Positions 38,597 to 39,918 of a stretch of DNA of 39,918 nt are shown here, piece after piece (position 1 is the first letter of the stretch; the number at the start of each line of letters is the position of its first letter). The notes beneath the pieces are model-generated. The model was given only the letters and a program-made list of their open reading frames with translations. It was not told the origin of the DNA and did no database searches. The position numbers were made by a program, and so were the translations under genes. The stretch comes from Burkholderiales bacterium (GTDB lineage: Bacteria > Pseudomonadota > Gammaproteobacteria > Burkholderiales > Usitatibacteraceae). Location of the stretch: positions 1-39,918 of the forward strand of contig JAICTR010000001.1 of NCBI GenBank assembly GCA_025936275.1, in the 5' to 3' direction.

Positions 38597-39832
38597 ATGT
38601 CGAAGCGCAGAGTCGTCGTAACCGGGCTGGGGATCGTCTCGCCCGTCGGCAACACCGTCGCCGAAGCCTGGGACAACCTCGTCCACGGGCGGACCGGTGT
38701 CGGCCCGATCACGAAGTTCGATGCGTCGGCGCTGCCGACGCGCATCGCCGCGGAAGTGAAAGGCTTCAACGCCGCGGACTGGATGCCTCTCAAGGAGACG
38801 CGGCGCTCCGACACCTTCATCCACTACGGCCTGGCGGCGACGAAGATGGCGCTCGAGGACGCCGGGCTCGCGATCGACGACTCCAACGCCGAGCGCATCG
38901 GCGTCGTGGTGGGCTCGGGCATCGGCGGGCTGCCGATGATCGAGGACAACATCCGCGAGATGATCGCCAAGGGGCCGCGGCGCCTCTCGCCCTTCTTCGT
39001 GCCGGGCACGATCATCAACATGGTCGCGGGCCTCATCTCGATCCAGTACGGCGCCAAGGGGCCGAACGTCTCCATGGTGTCGGCTTGCACCACCAGCACG
39101 CACTGCGTCGGCGAGGCGGGCCGCATGATCGAGTACGGCGACGCGGACGTGATGATCGCGGGCGGCGCCGAGGCTTGCGTGAACCTCTCCGGCGTGGGCG
39201 GATTCTGCTCGTGCAAGGCGCTTTCGGAGCGCAACGACGATCCCGCCACCGCCTCGCGGCCCTTCGACAAGGACCGCGACGGCTTCGTGCTGGGCGAGGG
39301 CTCCGGGATCCTCATCCTCGAGGAGCTCGAGCACGCGAAGCGGCGCGGCGCGCGCATCTACGCCGAGCTCGCTGGAATGGGCATGAGCGCCGATGCGAAC
39401 CACATCACCGCGCCCAACATGGACGGCCCGCGCCGCGCGATGCTGAGCGCCTTGCGCATCGCCGGATTGAATCCCGAGGACATCCAGTACGTGAACGCGC
39501 ACGGCACCTCGACGCCATTGGGCGACGCCAACGAGACCGCGGCCCTCAAGGCCGCCTTCGGCGAGCATGCGCGGCGCCTCGCGGTGAATTCCACCAAGTC
39601 GATGCACGGCCACCTCCTGGGCGCCGCGGGCGGCGTGGAGGCGCTGATCACCGTGCTCGCGATCCATCACCAGGTCTCCCCGCCGACGATGAACATCCTC
39701 ACGCCCGACCCGGCGTGCGACCTCGACTACGTCGCGAAGACGGCACGCGACATGAAGATCGAGCTCGCCCTTTCCAACTCGTTCGGCTTCGGAGGCACCA
39801 ACGGGACGCTCGCGTTCCGCCGCTTCGGCTGA
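38597..39832 (+). CDS. fabF: 3-oxoacyl-ACP synthase II
   Basis: RRVVVTGLG, SACTT, NAHGTST, KSMHGHLLGAAG, NSFGFGGTN. Confidence 0.97.
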   Translation: MSKRRVVVTGLGIVSPVGNTVAEAWDNLVHGRTGVGPITKFDASALPTRIAAEVKGFNAADWMPLKETRRSDTFIHYGLAATKMALEDAGLAIDDSNAERIGVVVGSGIGGLPMIEDNIREMIAKGPRRLSPFFVPGTIINMVAGLISIQYGAKGPNVSMVSACTTSTHCVGEAGRMIEYGDADVMIAGGAEACVNLSGVGGFCSCKALSERNDDPATASRPFDKDRDGFVLGEGSGILILEELEHAKRRGARIYAELAGMGMSADANHITAPNMDGPRRAMLSALRIAGLNPEDIQYVNAHGTSTPLGDANETAALKAAFGEHARRLAVNSTKSMHGHLLGAAGGVEALITVLAIHHQVSPPTMNILTPDPACDLDYVAKTARDMKIELALSNSFGFGGTNGTLAFRRFG

Positions 39833-39918
39833 GCGGCGGCGCGCCGCCCCCGCAGCGCGCGTGCTGCGCGCGGCGGTCCTCCTCGCGCTCCTCGCCGCGG
39901 CCGCCGGCGTCGGCTGGC

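Noticed and set aside
1-39918. tRNA, rRNA, CRISPR array, integrase, transposase or defence genes
   Set aside because: None recognised by eye; a tRNAscan/Infernal/HMM run would be needed to exclude small RNAs.

Overview
GC-rich (~70% by eye) bacterial DNA, probably betaproteobacterial, judged from the conserved right-hand synteny rne / rluC-HAD-Rieske-sppA / RsmI-like methylase-maf / yceD-rpmF-plsX-fabH-fabD-fabG-acpP-fabF (about 23-39.9 kb). The left 23 kb is accessory. (i) 1-7.1 kb: TPR-methyltransferase, DUF421, an outer-membrane barrel translationally coupled to a tri-heme c lipoprotein, a twin-arginine FecR-like protein, a stand-alone CysG N-terminal module and gph. (ii) 7.1-20.3 kb: a block with a BON remnant, a crystallin/glycine-zipper protein, a 2892-aa cyclic beta-1,2-glucan synthase, an orphan soluble histidine kinase and two tandem Crp/Fnr regulators. 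Three of its promoters carry a GTGCG-N4-CGCAC-type palindrome centred at -41.5 relative to a -10-like hexamer. The block ends in a chimeric ORF stitched from diverged pieces of DUF421 and gph, one of them inverted. (iii) 20.3-22.5 kb: a DsrE-TusA-SQR-like-DUF1641 sulfur operon. No tRNA, rRNA, CRISPR array, integrase or transposase was recognised. All family calls come from motif recognition by eye, not database searches.
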